Part shown: piece by piece, positions 11,530 to 23,487 of the stretch
How positions within the stretch are numbered: position 1 is the first letter of the stretch
Layout of the letters: each line of letters opens with the position of its first letter
Origin: Zygnema circumcarinatum SAG 698-1b
Lineage: Eukaryota > Plantae > Zygnematophyceae
Assembly: GCA_037447605.1 (NCBI GenBank)
Contig: CM074809.1
Coordinates: forward strand, 3,834,689-3,898,688
Length of the DNA stretch: 64,000 bases
Reading direction: 5' to 3'
Position numbers and translations under genes: made by a program
Notes under the pieces: model-generated
Told to the model about the DNA's origin: nothing
The model's input: only the letters and a program-made list of their open reading frames with translations
Database searches by the model: none

Positions 11530-14500
11530 ATGGCCAGGCGCAAGCCCCTCCTTCTATCTTCTGCTCGCCTCGCGCTGACTGCTGCCTTGCCTTCTGATGC
11601 CCATCGCCCGCCATGGAATCCAAGGCCGCAGCATTTCACAGCCTGCATCTCGTTCAGGATAGGGCAGCAGAAAATAGGCCTTACAGTAGCGGCGTTGCAA
11701 GCGCTTCAAGTGCGAGCGGGCACTCATGTAAGATAAACATTTTTTTCTCGTTTTTTTCTGCATTTGGAGGGTGGAAGATGCAGGTAGCGTGAAATTAGGT
11801 CAAAGTCGTAGAAAATGAAAAATGTCAGGGTCGATAGCATGAGATTAATGAGCATGATGTCTGATGATGCAGGTTGTGGTGAAAGCTATCTCCACTGGCT
11901 TGACCAGAGTGGCTGTGCTCGAAGCCCTCAACCCTCCGGAGCCTGTAAAATCATCCGCTGTAACTGCTAGCTCTAATTCATTTTTAGGTTTAGATGCTGA
12001 ATTGAAGGCGGAGGAGAGCAACGATAAGGCGCACTTGTCCCCTTTGTTGGCTTTCAATCTTGGCCTCCGCCCTGAGCTTGAGTCTTTTCTGAATGCTTCA
12101 GAGCATGAAGTTTCGATTTCTAAACGGCAAACTCTTCATGATGCTGATCAAGACAACACTTTGTCAGTCGTTGTTGCTTCACAAATGGCAATTGAGCTAT
12201 CACCTCTGCTCACCTGCTCCTCTTCTGATCGCTGCCCTGCTGAAAAAAATGAGAGACTTTTTCCAGCAGACAGCCTTCAGAATGGTTCTGTGCCGGCAAT
12301 ACTCTGCACCCACGCTCCTAATGCTACGCACGTACGCCTCGCGCATGTGAAGCAGCCTGCTACTTCGATTTCAGGTGGAACAGATGACGAATCAAGAGCA
12401 GCCCGACATTCTGCAGTAAAGGAAGCTGTTTGTGATTATTTCGCTTTTCCCCGCCTTGTCGCAAAAGATGACCTTCTGGTGATTCCCCTAGAAACTCATC
12501 ACGGAGCGCAGTGTGCCCGATTGCTGGCCGGGCAGAATGGAAACCGCGAATGGTTGCTTCTCAAGGTGATCATTTTTTCCTGATGAGTGATTTCGAGGCT
12601 AACGTTTGGGCCTCAAGCAGTTAAAGAAACTGACGTTTCATAAATGTTGCCCAAAGTCGTCCTCACTAGGACAAATGCCTCCCTATCCACCCCCCTTTTT
12701 CTTCACTTTCCACTTGTCAGAAATGCTTCACACTGCCATTTGAACCGCAATCTTATTGCTGCCCTGATCATTTCAAGCTTCTGGGATTTCTAATGCAGGT
12801 GGTGAGCCTAGAGCCTTCTCAACAGCCATGGCTGTGGGTACAAAGCGGCTCCTCGACATTCGTCTATGTGGACTCAGTGTCTTCTCCTCTTCCTTCCCAC
12901 CTTACCAATTTTTTATCTTCGTATAGATCAAGCCATCCTCCTGTTCCGCCGGAGAGCTCCCAACTGGCTGCCTTGCTGGCCCCTAGCCTCCATATAGAGT
13001 CTGCCATGCTTAAACTGCAAACAGCAGTTCTTCTTATCGGGCCACCAGGTTAGACCGCAATAAATTTTCTTATTCCTCTTCTCTTTCCCCGTTTTGTAGC
13101 ACATCCAAACATGCAAGTTGTCCCAGTTCCATCAGAAGCCACTTTGCGTTCTTGGAGTGTAGACTGGGGTTACTGCATTAATCCTTACAGTGTCTATCGA
13201 TTAGGGATAAGGGCTCAAGTCCATTCTTCGCCCATTGAGGTTGAGTTGGGTACAGGTGTGGGGAAGCGCACTGCTGCAAAGGCTGCAGCAGATCAGCTGG
13301 GTTTGAACTGTGTGGAGTACAGTTGCCATGAGCTTGTTGGCAGTACTGAGAAGGCAACAGCAGCAGGGCTCGAAGAAACGTTGCGGGTTGCCCAGAGGTA
13401 AGCAACGATGTGGTAGGAAGGACTGGGCTAACTCGAACGAACGAATACAGAATACAGAATACAGAATTTGAGACCAGATAGAGGGGAGTTTTCTGGAGGG
13501 GTGAATATGTAGCAAATGGAGGTGAAATGAGCAGCCACTGTATCGTCTCTTGCTCAAAGCTGTAGTTGCTCCTCTAAATCAAACCACTACTTTATTGACT
13601 AGCGTAACTTATGTTTGCATGGGCCAGATATGCACCATGTGTTCTCCTCCTTCGCCACTTTCCTGCTCTTTCAAAGCAGGGGAGTACAGCAGCATCTGGT
13701 GAAGTCGGAGGTTCAGGCACTTTGATAGCGGACACATTGAGGCGATGGCTGGACCGGAGACATCATACAAAAGATAATACAACTTTTCCTGATAATTCGA
13801 AGGAAAAGACATGGGATGATTGGGCATCTCAGGAGGAGGAGGAGGATGCTCGTACCCGCGAGAATGGGGAAGAGAAGGATGGGAAGGAAGCCGATCGGAG
13901 TTCTGTAATGGAATCTTTTGTGAGTTACAGCGCACAGCAAAAAAGTTGCAGCATTACTGCTTGACTTTGAACTCTGTTTCTCTACCTTCCAGACACGTGT
14001 AGGGTCGTCTTTCCTTCCCTTTTTTTGAACGTTTCATTGCAATATTGTGCCGGGAGGTTGAGAGTCTGTACGACTTTTCCATGACTGCATTGCAGTCAGG
14101 AGGTTGAATGTCAGGGAAGACGAGGAGCGGAGGGAGAACCTCCCGTGCTTTTGGCGGCTTCTGCAGACGAGAGTTCAGGGCTGAGCCCTTCTCTTCGGGC
14201 ATGTTTCAGCCATGAAATAGAGATGCAGCCTCCCAATGAAGATCATAGGAAAGCTCTATTGCATCACTTCCTTGGTCTGTCTGCTCGAAGGGAAGCAGAG
14301 GGAGCAGCAAAGGAGGAGCTAATTGGCAGCTGTAAGGTGAGCATAAAACACTGTTAAGATAAGGTAAAGCTTGTGCAGGAATAGGAGAAAATGAACGAGA
14401 ACTGACATGAAAACGATGTCTGATCATACACCTAAGATTCACTTTCTTCCATTACACTTTTCGTATCTGATATATGTATCGGTCGGCCCTGCAACCTTTC

Positions 14501-15633
14501 TTTGTTTTCAGGCATATGATAACGCCGGTATTGTGCAGCTTGTGAAAGAGATTGCCCCTCAAACTGTGGGCCTGCTTCCTCGAGATTTGGCAGCAGTAGC
14601 TGCTGAAGCAGGTGCTTCTGCAGTAAAGCGGAGCCTTTTAAAGCAGAGAGAGGATAGGAGGGAGAGGGAGCAGGGAGGCAAAAACCACAAGGATGATGGC
14701 TGGACTGCTATTGACGATGTTCATCTTTCAGAGGAGGGTGAAAGTGAGAGGGGAGAGGGTAGGAGAGCAGAAATGAAGCTTGCTGTGGGTAGCGGTAGTG
14801 TTAGTGATGCAAAGGCAGAGATCCAACCTGAGGATGTCCAGCAAGCTTTAGAGAGAGTGAAGAAGCGAGCAGCCACTGCTATTGGGACTCCAAAGGTAAA
14901 TATTGAATTTATGAAATTCATGCAGTTATGTGTAAATGGTGTAGATGTTGGAACTGTAGTCAGTTTGACCGTCATATTGTTGGAAACCCTAAAAAAAGCA
15001 GCAGACTTAAGCATGAGGTACAGAAGAGTGTAAAAGAAGCTTTGTCTGGCGAAGAAAGAGTTTGGGAATGATTTCAAGTCAGACAATGAGATAGGAAAGG
15101 ACAATCTGAAGATAGCCATTAGTAATGAAGTAAGTTTGGNNNNNNNNNNNNNNNNNNNNNNNNNNNNNNNNNNNNNNNNNNNNNNNNNNNNNNNNNNNNN
15201 NNNNNNNNNNNNNNNNNNNNNNNNNNNNNNNNNNNNNNNATGAAAAATACTTGCGAGTATAGGATACGTAGGAGAACATTTGTATGGTTTCCTAGCCGGG
15301 AGTGAGTGGTTTTTGCACAGCCTTTGAGAAGACCGTAGTCTTTGGCTGTGAGAGGGATTCGAGCACAACTGTTTGATCATGTGGTTCATGCCGGTAGAAT
15401 AAAAGGGATCTTCCTCAGAAGCCTTTGAAACGAGTAGTTATTTTGATTTGAGACGTGAGATGTTTGCTCGCTTTTTCCCCCTCTCCTACTTGCCTTTCTG
15501 CATGTTAAGCTTAGTCTGGAGAGGGCGGGGAGGTTCTCTCATCCAGGCCTTGGCAGAGCTCACTCCCTCTCTCTCACGCAAGGAGCTGGAGCGCTATGAG
15601 CGGCTGAGGGATCAACTGCAGGGAGGCAAATAG
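11530..15633 (+). CDS. PEX6: Peroxisomal AAA-ATPase PEX6, incomplete because the D2 domain is missing at an assembly gap
   Basis: Exons 11530-11727, 11873-12565, 12799-13048, 13256-13397, 13628-13919, 14115-14336, 14512-14895, [gap], 15547-15633. N-terminus MARRKPLLLSS, AHLSPLLAFNL, D1 Walker A GPPGVGKRT, RYAPCVLLLRHF, AIGTPK, and C-terminal LTPSLSRKELERYERLRDQ. Confidence 0.9.
15140..15239. other. 100-N assembly gap inside PEX6
   Basis: Run of 100 N. Confidence 1.
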
Positions 15634-16831
15634 AGTCTTCTATCTGAACCCTAGAAACCCTAAAACCCGTTGAACCCTAAAAAAACTTTAAATCCCGTAA
15701 ACCCTCCTTTGCATCTGAACAGGCTCAAACACTTCGATTGAAGTCTCCCTGAATCCCTTACACTACGGCGGCCACACCTCTAAGGAGGTGACCCTTCGGA
15801 GTGTTCTGTTCGGCTGTGTCAGTTTTGCGCCAGTTTCAGTTTCAGTTTTTTTGAGCATCACAGCTTATGTATGTACCATGTGCACAAAAGGGGCTCGGAA
15901 GCTTACACATTAAGTCGTTGCGGATACTTCCACATCATAAGGTAAAAGCACCTTTCTCGCTTGATTAGAAAGCTTGTTGTACTGTTTTATCTCCTGCAAA
16001 TTCACGTAGTAAGTTGGTCCAACTGGATAGACATTGTTTTTTAATCGTCCTATGCGTACCTCAGTTTCTCGACTGTCAGGCAATGCGGCAGCGTATGCAC
16101 AGCAACCGCGTGATGCGTGACCCCTTCTGCTTTCTCGTGGGCCGGCGATGCCAGAAAGCCCCATGCAGCCCTCCGATCGTAGTAAACGCAATCGCATATG
16201 TACATTCTAATACAACATCGTGCCTCTGCGACTCTGTCAGCCAATCACTGTCGTCGCATGCCTCAATAGCCGTCGCTAAGTCGAGTGTTGAATACAAAGA
16301 TACGGCTGTCGGAGTTCAATGGTCAAGCACGTTGAAAGATTCGTGGGTTCTGTTTCATTTATGATTTATAGTTTCAATCTAATTGTTATCCATTGGCGGA
16401 TGTGTGATTTCTGGTTTCCGACTTCAGATCAGAAGTTGAATGTATGGCATGGCATGGCATGGTGCGCATATGCATACATGGCCAATTGTTGGCTGACAAC
16501 CCTCTGCATATACCTCAAGGGAGCAAGTTAGTTACAGTCTCTGAGAGTTCCAAAGCATCAAATGGTTACAACATACACAAACTTACCAACCGACGCCAAA
16601 GTCTCCCGCCACCCCCCTTTCTCTCATCCAACCGGAGTCGTATTCACTATGTACACATATAATAAACCCCTAAATAAATACGAGTCAGCTCATTAGCGCC
16701 ATGCCTGCCTGCTTCTGCACATCCTGTCATATTCTATGAGACAGAGACTCTTTGCATACAAGAGCCTATTACCGCCATTAGGTCCACTACAACCCTAAGT
16801 CCACAGCAACGAGCTGCAGAGGCCGAACCGC

Positions 16832-18462
16832 TCAGGGCATAGCCCACGTGCAGAAGGACTCCACTCCGAGGGAGTTCTTCCCGCGTACAATGCGAAACCA
16901 CCCTTTCTCGCCCCAATAGGTGCCCTGCGCCACGTCATGCCCAAAGCAGGAGGAGCACATTGAAGGTATGGTGAGACTATCTATGACATGATGATGGTGA
17001 TGATGATGATGATGATGACATGGATGTCGATGTGGAGGAGACATCACATCATCACATGCACATCATGGTTATGGAAGAGAAGCGCAGCTTGCACACACAG
17101 CCTACCCAGGAGTTTCGGACGATCCAGTAGGGCAATCCCGAGACAGCGTCCTCCCCCCATCCTGAGACCGACACGATGTGGTCGATGTCATACCTTCCTC
17201 TGCACAAAGCAGCCTCCTCCCACAATGTCAGTATTGAAATGCGTACGCTAAAAACAGTCAATGAAAACGAAAAGGAAGCTGATATGTCAAAATGAAGGCT
17301 CGTCAGGACGTTTGCGCTCTGATTATGTCCATGCAGGCTACTTAGGGATTTTTCAGGGTTCTAAGCAGCCCGAATGAGACCAAAAAGTTTCAAAGGTTTA
17401 TTCAAACTCACGACTGGTTGTAAATCCCTCCGTGGTATTCGTGGAGAGGACCGGAGTCTATCTCACAGGCAATCGGTCCTCGGTGAAAAATTTCCGCCAT
17501 CTGCTCCGCCAGAACGCAGCCCCCTCTCTTCATGGATGACTGGACACAGAATAGAATAGACGAAAGGAAGAAAAGAGAAAGGAAGAGAGACACAGAGGGA
17601 GAAACGAGAAGAGAGATGGGCCAGCGAAGGGGAGAAAGGGAAGAGAGAAACGCTAAACGCACCATGGAAGTCTCACCCCGGACAACTCCATATTCTGAAA
17701 CAAAGTGTTTAGTGAACTCCGTCACGGCTGTGCACGCAGCGGGGTCGCCTGTTGGGGGCACCCACGGAGAGACGCAGTTGCGGCAAATGTTGATAGGGAC
17801 ACACTCCTCGTCAATGGCCTTGTACTGTTGACACGTGTCCTCAGGCACGCCATAGCGGTGCATGTACTTAAACACTCCAAGAGGGTCCCCTCCACCGCAG
17901 CTTCCAGCTATGGCAGTTGCGCAGTTGAGGATTCTGCAAGAGAGAGTGAGGGAGAACGAGAGAGAGAGAGACAGAGAAAGGGAGAGCGAGAGCGAGAGAG
18001 AGAGAGCGAGAGAGAGAGAGGAGAGACAGGAGGAAGCGAGAGAGAGACGAGTGGGTGAAGGAAAGAGAGGGAGAGATGAGATGACAGGGGGGAGGGGGGG
18101 GGGTGGGCAGTGACATAACATACGCGTTACCGGGGAACAAGCACGTCAAAACGAACCAACGACGAGCAAAGTGGAGGGGGATGCTCACACTTGCACGGAG
18201 AGGTTGATGTCGGGCCATTCCGCTTTCCTCTGAATCTTTATGCGATCTGCAATGGAACTGAGGGCGGCGTGCGCCCAGCAAGAGCCTGCAGGAGAGGGAG
18301 AGAGGCTCCAAAAAACATTCACCAAAGGAGGGCTGCATAGCACTTGGACGAGAATGACTGCTTCGTTTTGGAATCGAATTGGCTTTAACTTCATCCGCAA
18401 GAAAACGAGGAGACAGAAAGTGAGAGGAGAGAGAGGGAAAGCGAGAGGGAGAACGAGTGAGA

Positions 18463-18508
<46 letters not shown>

Positions 18509-19289
18509 CTCACCGCAGTAGACCGGGATATGCTGATTGAGATCCTTTGTCGCAAAATTGGTCCCTACACGCAAAGCCAAACGTCTGTCGCTTTACCACA
18601 CTCTCGACAACTCTCTTGCTTCTCTCCCTCTGCTTCTCCCTTCCTCTCACACACGAGCACACTCTGGCTCTACATATATCGAAAAAAAAAAATTCTGAGG
18701 CTTATTTCGATAGCCTTGAAGCTCACCGTTGACGCTCCGCCAGTCCCAGAAGAGAGGGAGCTCTGAGCGAGGCGTGCGGTGGTGCTGAATCGAAGACTTC
18801 ACCAAAGGCTCCACTGAAATGCAGGAAGATAAAGCAAGGGGGGCAGAATGGAAAGATAAATCATCAGTTGATAAGTAATAAGAAGCAGCCGCGGAAGTTG
18901 AAGAGGACAACGTATCTAACAACGATATGCAATTAACAAGATCAACATCGAATCATGGATCCATCAATTCATGGACCCAGATTTAAATCAAGTTTATCAC
19001 TAATCTAACTCCAAAGAGGTGACGAACAACAGCTGCCATCATCGTGTCATGCCAATTCAGGTAATTCAAGTATGTCCATGCCAGGCATGACATGACGGAA
19101 ATCGCATGCAGATGCATGCATGCTCTCACCATGCATGTCAATGTACTCTCTCCGGGAAGGGCGGCCCTTCATTGCATGCTGTGCAGTGATCGAAAGTCGA
19201 CCTCCTTCCACGGCAGCCATGGCGGCCGGCCATGCTGCGAGCAGGAGGACGGAGAAGGCGGCCATGGCGGTGCCTGACAGAGGCGCCAT
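16832..19289 (-). CDS. CTSZ: Cathepsin X/Z-like papain-family (C1A) cysteine protease with signal peptide
   Basis: Exons 19130-19289, 18727-18813, 18514-18564, 18189-18285, 17663-17933, 17412-17500, 17106-17199, 16832-16924. Short propeptide, LPLFWDWR, the cathepsin-X-type NQHIPVYCGSCWAH, RGPIACEI, IDHIVSVSGWG (catalytic His) and WIVRNSWGTYWGEKGWFR (catalytic Asn). Confidence 0.92.
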
Positions 19290-19484
19290 TGCGAGCTCGG
19301 TTTCCAGAGAGAGTGGGAGGGAGGGAGGGAGGAAGGGAGAGAGGGAGGGAGAGGGAGGGAGGGAGGGAGGGAGAGAGGAGAATAGGAGAGAGGGATAGGA
19401 TATTTCTTGTTAAGGGAGAAAGTGCACATTTGCAGAGTACGCATTACTTTTTCAGGACCGTCTCCGATGGTCCTGAAAAATGTA

Positions 19485-20116
19485 CCGCACTTCCAGGAGC
19501 TTTGAATTTTGAACTTTTTTTTTTTGAATTGTTCAGAGTTCAAATGACAAGGTTTCATTTGACCTTTTGAACGCTCGAAATGAAATAGTTTACCAAAGTG
19601 AACGGTTTGAAAACAAAGCTCAATTTTCAGAGTCTCAATATTTTCGGTCACACGTGTGGATTCTACTTTTTGCCACGTAGGATTCAGGCAATTTGAGAGA
19701 TTTGATCGACTCTGGCCCAATTTTCGCCTTACTTTTTTTTGCGCCAGATACTGTACAGTACTGTACTGTACTGTAAACGATTTTCGTACGGTACGAAATC
19801 AGAAACGGACAAGATTTGAATACGTGTGGACCTGTATCCACGCGCTTTGCTATTGCCAAGGTCTCATTGTTGATCGGTGGATGCAAAGTAAACTGAAATT
19901 GAACACGACCGAAAGTTAATTGTTCAATGTTCAAAATTGGTTTCGTATTTGGATTCGCATTTGAACGAGGACCTTTGTTCACAGAAAAAAAAAAAAAAAA
20001 AAAAAACCCTAAAGCGGAATCCGTTTTTCCTGAACACCGATTGCGAATAGTTTTTTTTTTTTTTTAAGAAGCCAAACTATTGAACTGTTCAAAGTTCAAA
20101 ACCATTGGTACTGCGG
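19485..20116. mobile_element. Putative MITE (Tc1/mariner-like) with 30-bp imperfect TIRs and TA flanks
   Basis: Left CCGCACTTCCAGGAGCTTTGAATTTTGAAC vs reverse complement of right CCGCAGTACCAATGGTTTTGAACTTTGAAC (23/30 identical). TA on both sides (19483-19484, 20117-20118). AT-rich, non-coding interior. Confidence 0.55.
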
Positions 20117-21378
20117 TACACGTGGGTAGTACGAATTCTACGGTTATGGTAAGCTCTGATTGGCGGAAAAGGAAAGGATGGGCCGACCACGTGACAGACC
20201 GGCCAATCAGAGCGCTTCGTCATGAGACGAGTGAGACCGACAAATGTCGGTGCGCGGCGTGTTCCCTGTTCGCCCTGACAACATCGTCAACCGTTCCATG
20301 TGCGGAAGCGTTGATGGAGCCGTTGCAAATCTGGCATGTCATGCATGTGCCATGTTGGACGCGCATGTGGTCGAGGAAGCTAAGAAGGCCTACAAGGCTC
20401 CATGCCATGCAATGCCATGGAGCACACTAACAGTAGTCAGAAACTGCGCAAAGATGGACAAAACAGACAAACCAACACACAGCATAATTGACAAGGACCA
20501 AATGACCCATACAATGCAGCAAGAGCATGCCTCGCTCGCACGTACACGCATGCATACAGAGCACTTGCAGGAAACTGCGGTTACCTGACCAGCATATGAG
20601 AGACATTTAGGGTCCTGTATTACAACCCCGCTAGGTCCTCCCTTAGAATGCCTTAACCCTAATTCCTACGAGGAGTCTCACAGGCCCAAGTCCTCAACAT
20701 ACAATGACCCACTTCGGTCCAGGAAAAGGAACTGAGCGTGACATTCAGTCCATTAAAAAGACTACTGAACAAATGATCAATTAATTTCAGGCTCTCACGA
20801 TGGCAAGTGCCATGATGATGTGCCATCCTGTCCTCTGTTTCTCATGTGATGGTCAGATTGCCATGCATCTGTACACACTACATGAATGGATCTGCAAACC
20901 CTAAAAATAGACCAGGGCAGCATGAACGATAGAGTACAGAGCGCTGCTCCATATGTACATATTCACGATGAAGGATCTTCTCACGGTCCCATGTGAGGAA
21001 TAGAGGGAAGTCATGTTTCTTCTCAAAGGGGTCGGAAGTAGGGGTCCTTCCCGTCCTCAACAATGGCTGCAAAAATCCAAAGAATGGCCCAGAATGCATC
21101 AAGCCAGAATTTTGGCCTTCCAGACTACGTCAACCAAGTGAAGATATAAGAGATTAGAGGGAAAAGATGAACACAATATTTGATGAAGGGATGTATGTAT
21201 CCAGCCACCCCTGACTGGGCTAGGTCTAGTATGACAGACGAAAGGTTCCTTGTCAACAGTTAGGCATCCGTTACCGTTGCTGTCAAGGTCTATCTAGTCA
21301 CACTCTCCCAGCAACGAGTCAAAACAAACACATTTATTTTCCATGTATGGGATTCTGTTCTTACCTGGTGACATGAAT

Positions 21379-23487
21379 TCAAGCAGTATCCGGTTTACGG
21401 CGAATGGTGAGCTGCACTTGGAGACCCTCTACATCCGCTCCATGTCGTAAGAAGATCATGTTACTCTCCTCCTCCACTTCTACTAGGGAGGGCTCTACAG
21501 AAATTTCGAGACCAGATGGATAAAAGTAATCTCTATGGAACCATATTTCTGTGGTAGCTGACAAATCCCCTAAGATCCCATCACCTCTCACAGGAGCGGC
21601 AACATAGGAGAGGGAAAAAATAGATGTAGTTTGATCAAAAGAAAAGGAAACGATGTTTCCTGCAACTGCTTGTGGATAGGTTCTGGCCAGGGCCCGGGCC
21701 ACAAAGATATCCACAGTTCCGTCAGAGTTGAAGGGTCCAAGATTAACCCCAGTTTTATTGATAAATGGTTTGAATTCCCAACCAATCCAGGACTGCACAT
21801 GAACATCCGCTGTCTCCATAACCTCTTCCGCTTCGGGTTCATTCAATGATCCCCTCCTACTCTCACTGATCAGGAAAGGGGTTGTTTCAGTCGACGATTT
21901 ACGCACCTCCTCTTTACAATCCTTGCCTAAACCAATCGATCCCACCTCAGAATCCTCTCTCACATTCGTTCCTTCCTCAGTTTCACTCTCTGTAACCTGC
22001 TGGATATATGATTCCGAGATTTTTTCAGGCACTGTCGCTTGAAGTGCATCTCGAACAAATGATGCAGCTTCTGCCAAGTCCGGATGGCCATAAGTTGAGC
22101 TTGCACTCACCGACTTCGAAGGAATTCCAAACTCAGTAAGAAAGGAACCGCATCTCAGCCTCTTGCTTTCCTTAGTCCTCTCGGCAAATGTCTGTTCCAC
22201 TCCAAAGTTTGGCGGCCTATAATAGTGATATGCTAACACACTCATATTTGCATACTCGCCACCGCCCGGGACACGGGAAAATCCATTAAGCAAGTTGTCG
22301 AAGGTGACGGATTCAAAGAAAAGCAGGTGAGAGGCATCCTCCTTCCGTATAGCAGCCTGTAACTGATCATAAAAAGGCAAAAGGTTCTTCCAGTCTGCAA
22401 CTCCTGGTAATAGCAACAAAGGGTCTGTATACTGGTCTCCCACCCAGGGCTCGTTAATAAGCTCATATCCTAATATTCCAGGTTGCTCCTTGAAAGACCT
22501 TGCAACTACTGCCCAGTATTGGGCCATTGCATCCATCCATCCCCACTTGTTATCGTAAAGATCTTGAAAGGCACGGCCTACTGCAAAGGTGAAGTGGTAT
22601 TTTCCCCAATCGTGGCTCCAACATTGCTGTGGAGAAGGCTCCATTTCTATGAGCACTGTATCACCTGTATATCTTCTTGCGAGGGGCTCTGGGAAAGTGA
22701 CTGAATACTCTGATGGTTTACGACAAGCCCCGGCAACGAAGCAGGGCATATTCCACTTTACCCTGTCATTTGAGCTAATTTCTGTGGAAACACGGTCTGC
22801 TTCCAACGGACGATCGTCCTTCGCACTGTTTCCTTCACTCAAGAGCTTTCGAGCGACTGTACTGCTACCCCCATTGCTGGATAGCTGACCCTGTGACCGA
22901 TCCAATATCGAGATCATAATGTTCTCCCTATTCACAGTGGCATTTTTCTTCTCTACCTGAACCTGCCTTTGCCGTAGCTGCAACAGTTGCTGCTGCTGCT
23001 GCAGCTGGGAATCTTGTGCTCTATCGTCGAGTATCCATGCAGGCATGCCCTCCCCACAGAATCTTTTCCCAAAAACATCCTGATGCATTTCAACTAAGGA
23101 ATAGATTCCTGCATCGTAGAGGCGTTGAACAATGCCTTTCATAACCTCGATGTAAGTCTCATTCACAACTCCCCTCTGTGGCTCGACCCCGGGCCACATC
23201 ACTCCCAGTCGGACCACATTCAGTCCCAAACTCTTCAACAGCGAAATGTCTTCTATGGACAATGACATGCGAGAGTCGAAGTGGTCCGTAATTGGATGCC
23301 ATGGCGGCCCCTTCACAACAACATTCAGGCCATGGAAAATTCTCTCCCTGCCATGGCGATCCTTTATCCTGCCAGTTTCTTGGTCAACAATGAACTCAGC
23401 AGATGGAGTTTCAGTTGAATACACCGAATAGAATGCAGCCAAAAAGCAAATGAAGAAAATGAGCCCCTGCAAAACGGGAGAAGCCAT
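21379..23487 (-). CDS. Endoglycoceramidase-like glycoside hydrolase family 5, intronless, about 702 aa, N-terminal signal anchor
   Basis: Single ORF; first ATG at 23487 (MASPVLQGLIFFICFLAAFY). Motifs GRERIFHGLNVV, EMHQD, FCGEG, YELINEP (acid/base Glu), HYY, FLTEFG (nucleophile Glu), WIGWEFK, and a C-terminal beta-sandwich-like region. Confidence 0.88.
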   Translation of the reverse strand: MASPVLQGLIFFICFLAAFYSVYSTETPSAEFIVDQETGRIKDRHGRERIFHGLNVVVKGPPWHPITDHFDSRMSLSIEDISLLKSLGLNVVRLGVMWPGVEPQRGVVNETYIEVMKGIVQRLYDAGIYSLVEMHQDVFGKRFCGEGMPAWILDDRAQDSQLQQQQQLLQLRQRQVQVEKKNATVNRENIMISILDRSQGQLSSNGGSSTVARKLLSEGNSAKDDRPLEADRVSTEISSNDRVKWNMPCFVAGACRKPSEYSVTFPEPLARRYTGDTVLIEMEPSPQQCWSHDWGKYHFTFAVGRAFQDLYDNKWGWMDAMAQYWAVVARSFKEQPGILGYELINEPWVGDQYTDPLLLLPGVADWKNLLPFYDQLQAAIRKEDASHLLFFESVTFDNLLNGFSRVPGGGEYANMSVLAYHYYRPPNFGVEQTFAERTKESKRLRCGSFLTEFGIPSKSVSASSTYGHPDLAEAASFVRDALQATVPEKISESYIQQVTESETEEGTNVREDSEVGSIGLGKDCKEEVRKSSTETTPFLISESRRGSLNEPEAEEVMETADVHVQSWIGWEFKPFINKTGVNLGPFNSDGTVDIFVARALARTYPQAVAGNIVSFSFDQTTSIFSLSYVAAPVRGDGILGDLSATTEIWFHRDYFYPSGLEISVEPSLVEVEEESNMIFLRHGADVEGLQVQLTIRRKPDTA

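Noticed and set aside
15910-16364. 95-116 aa ORFs between PEX6 and cathepsin X
   Set aside because: No recognisable domain, splice context or promoter-like leader; lengths are compatible with chance.
20600-21350. Possible retroelement remnant between the MITE and the GH5 gene
   Set aside because: No RT, integrase or gag motif, LTR termini, PBS or poly(A)/TSD could be identified.
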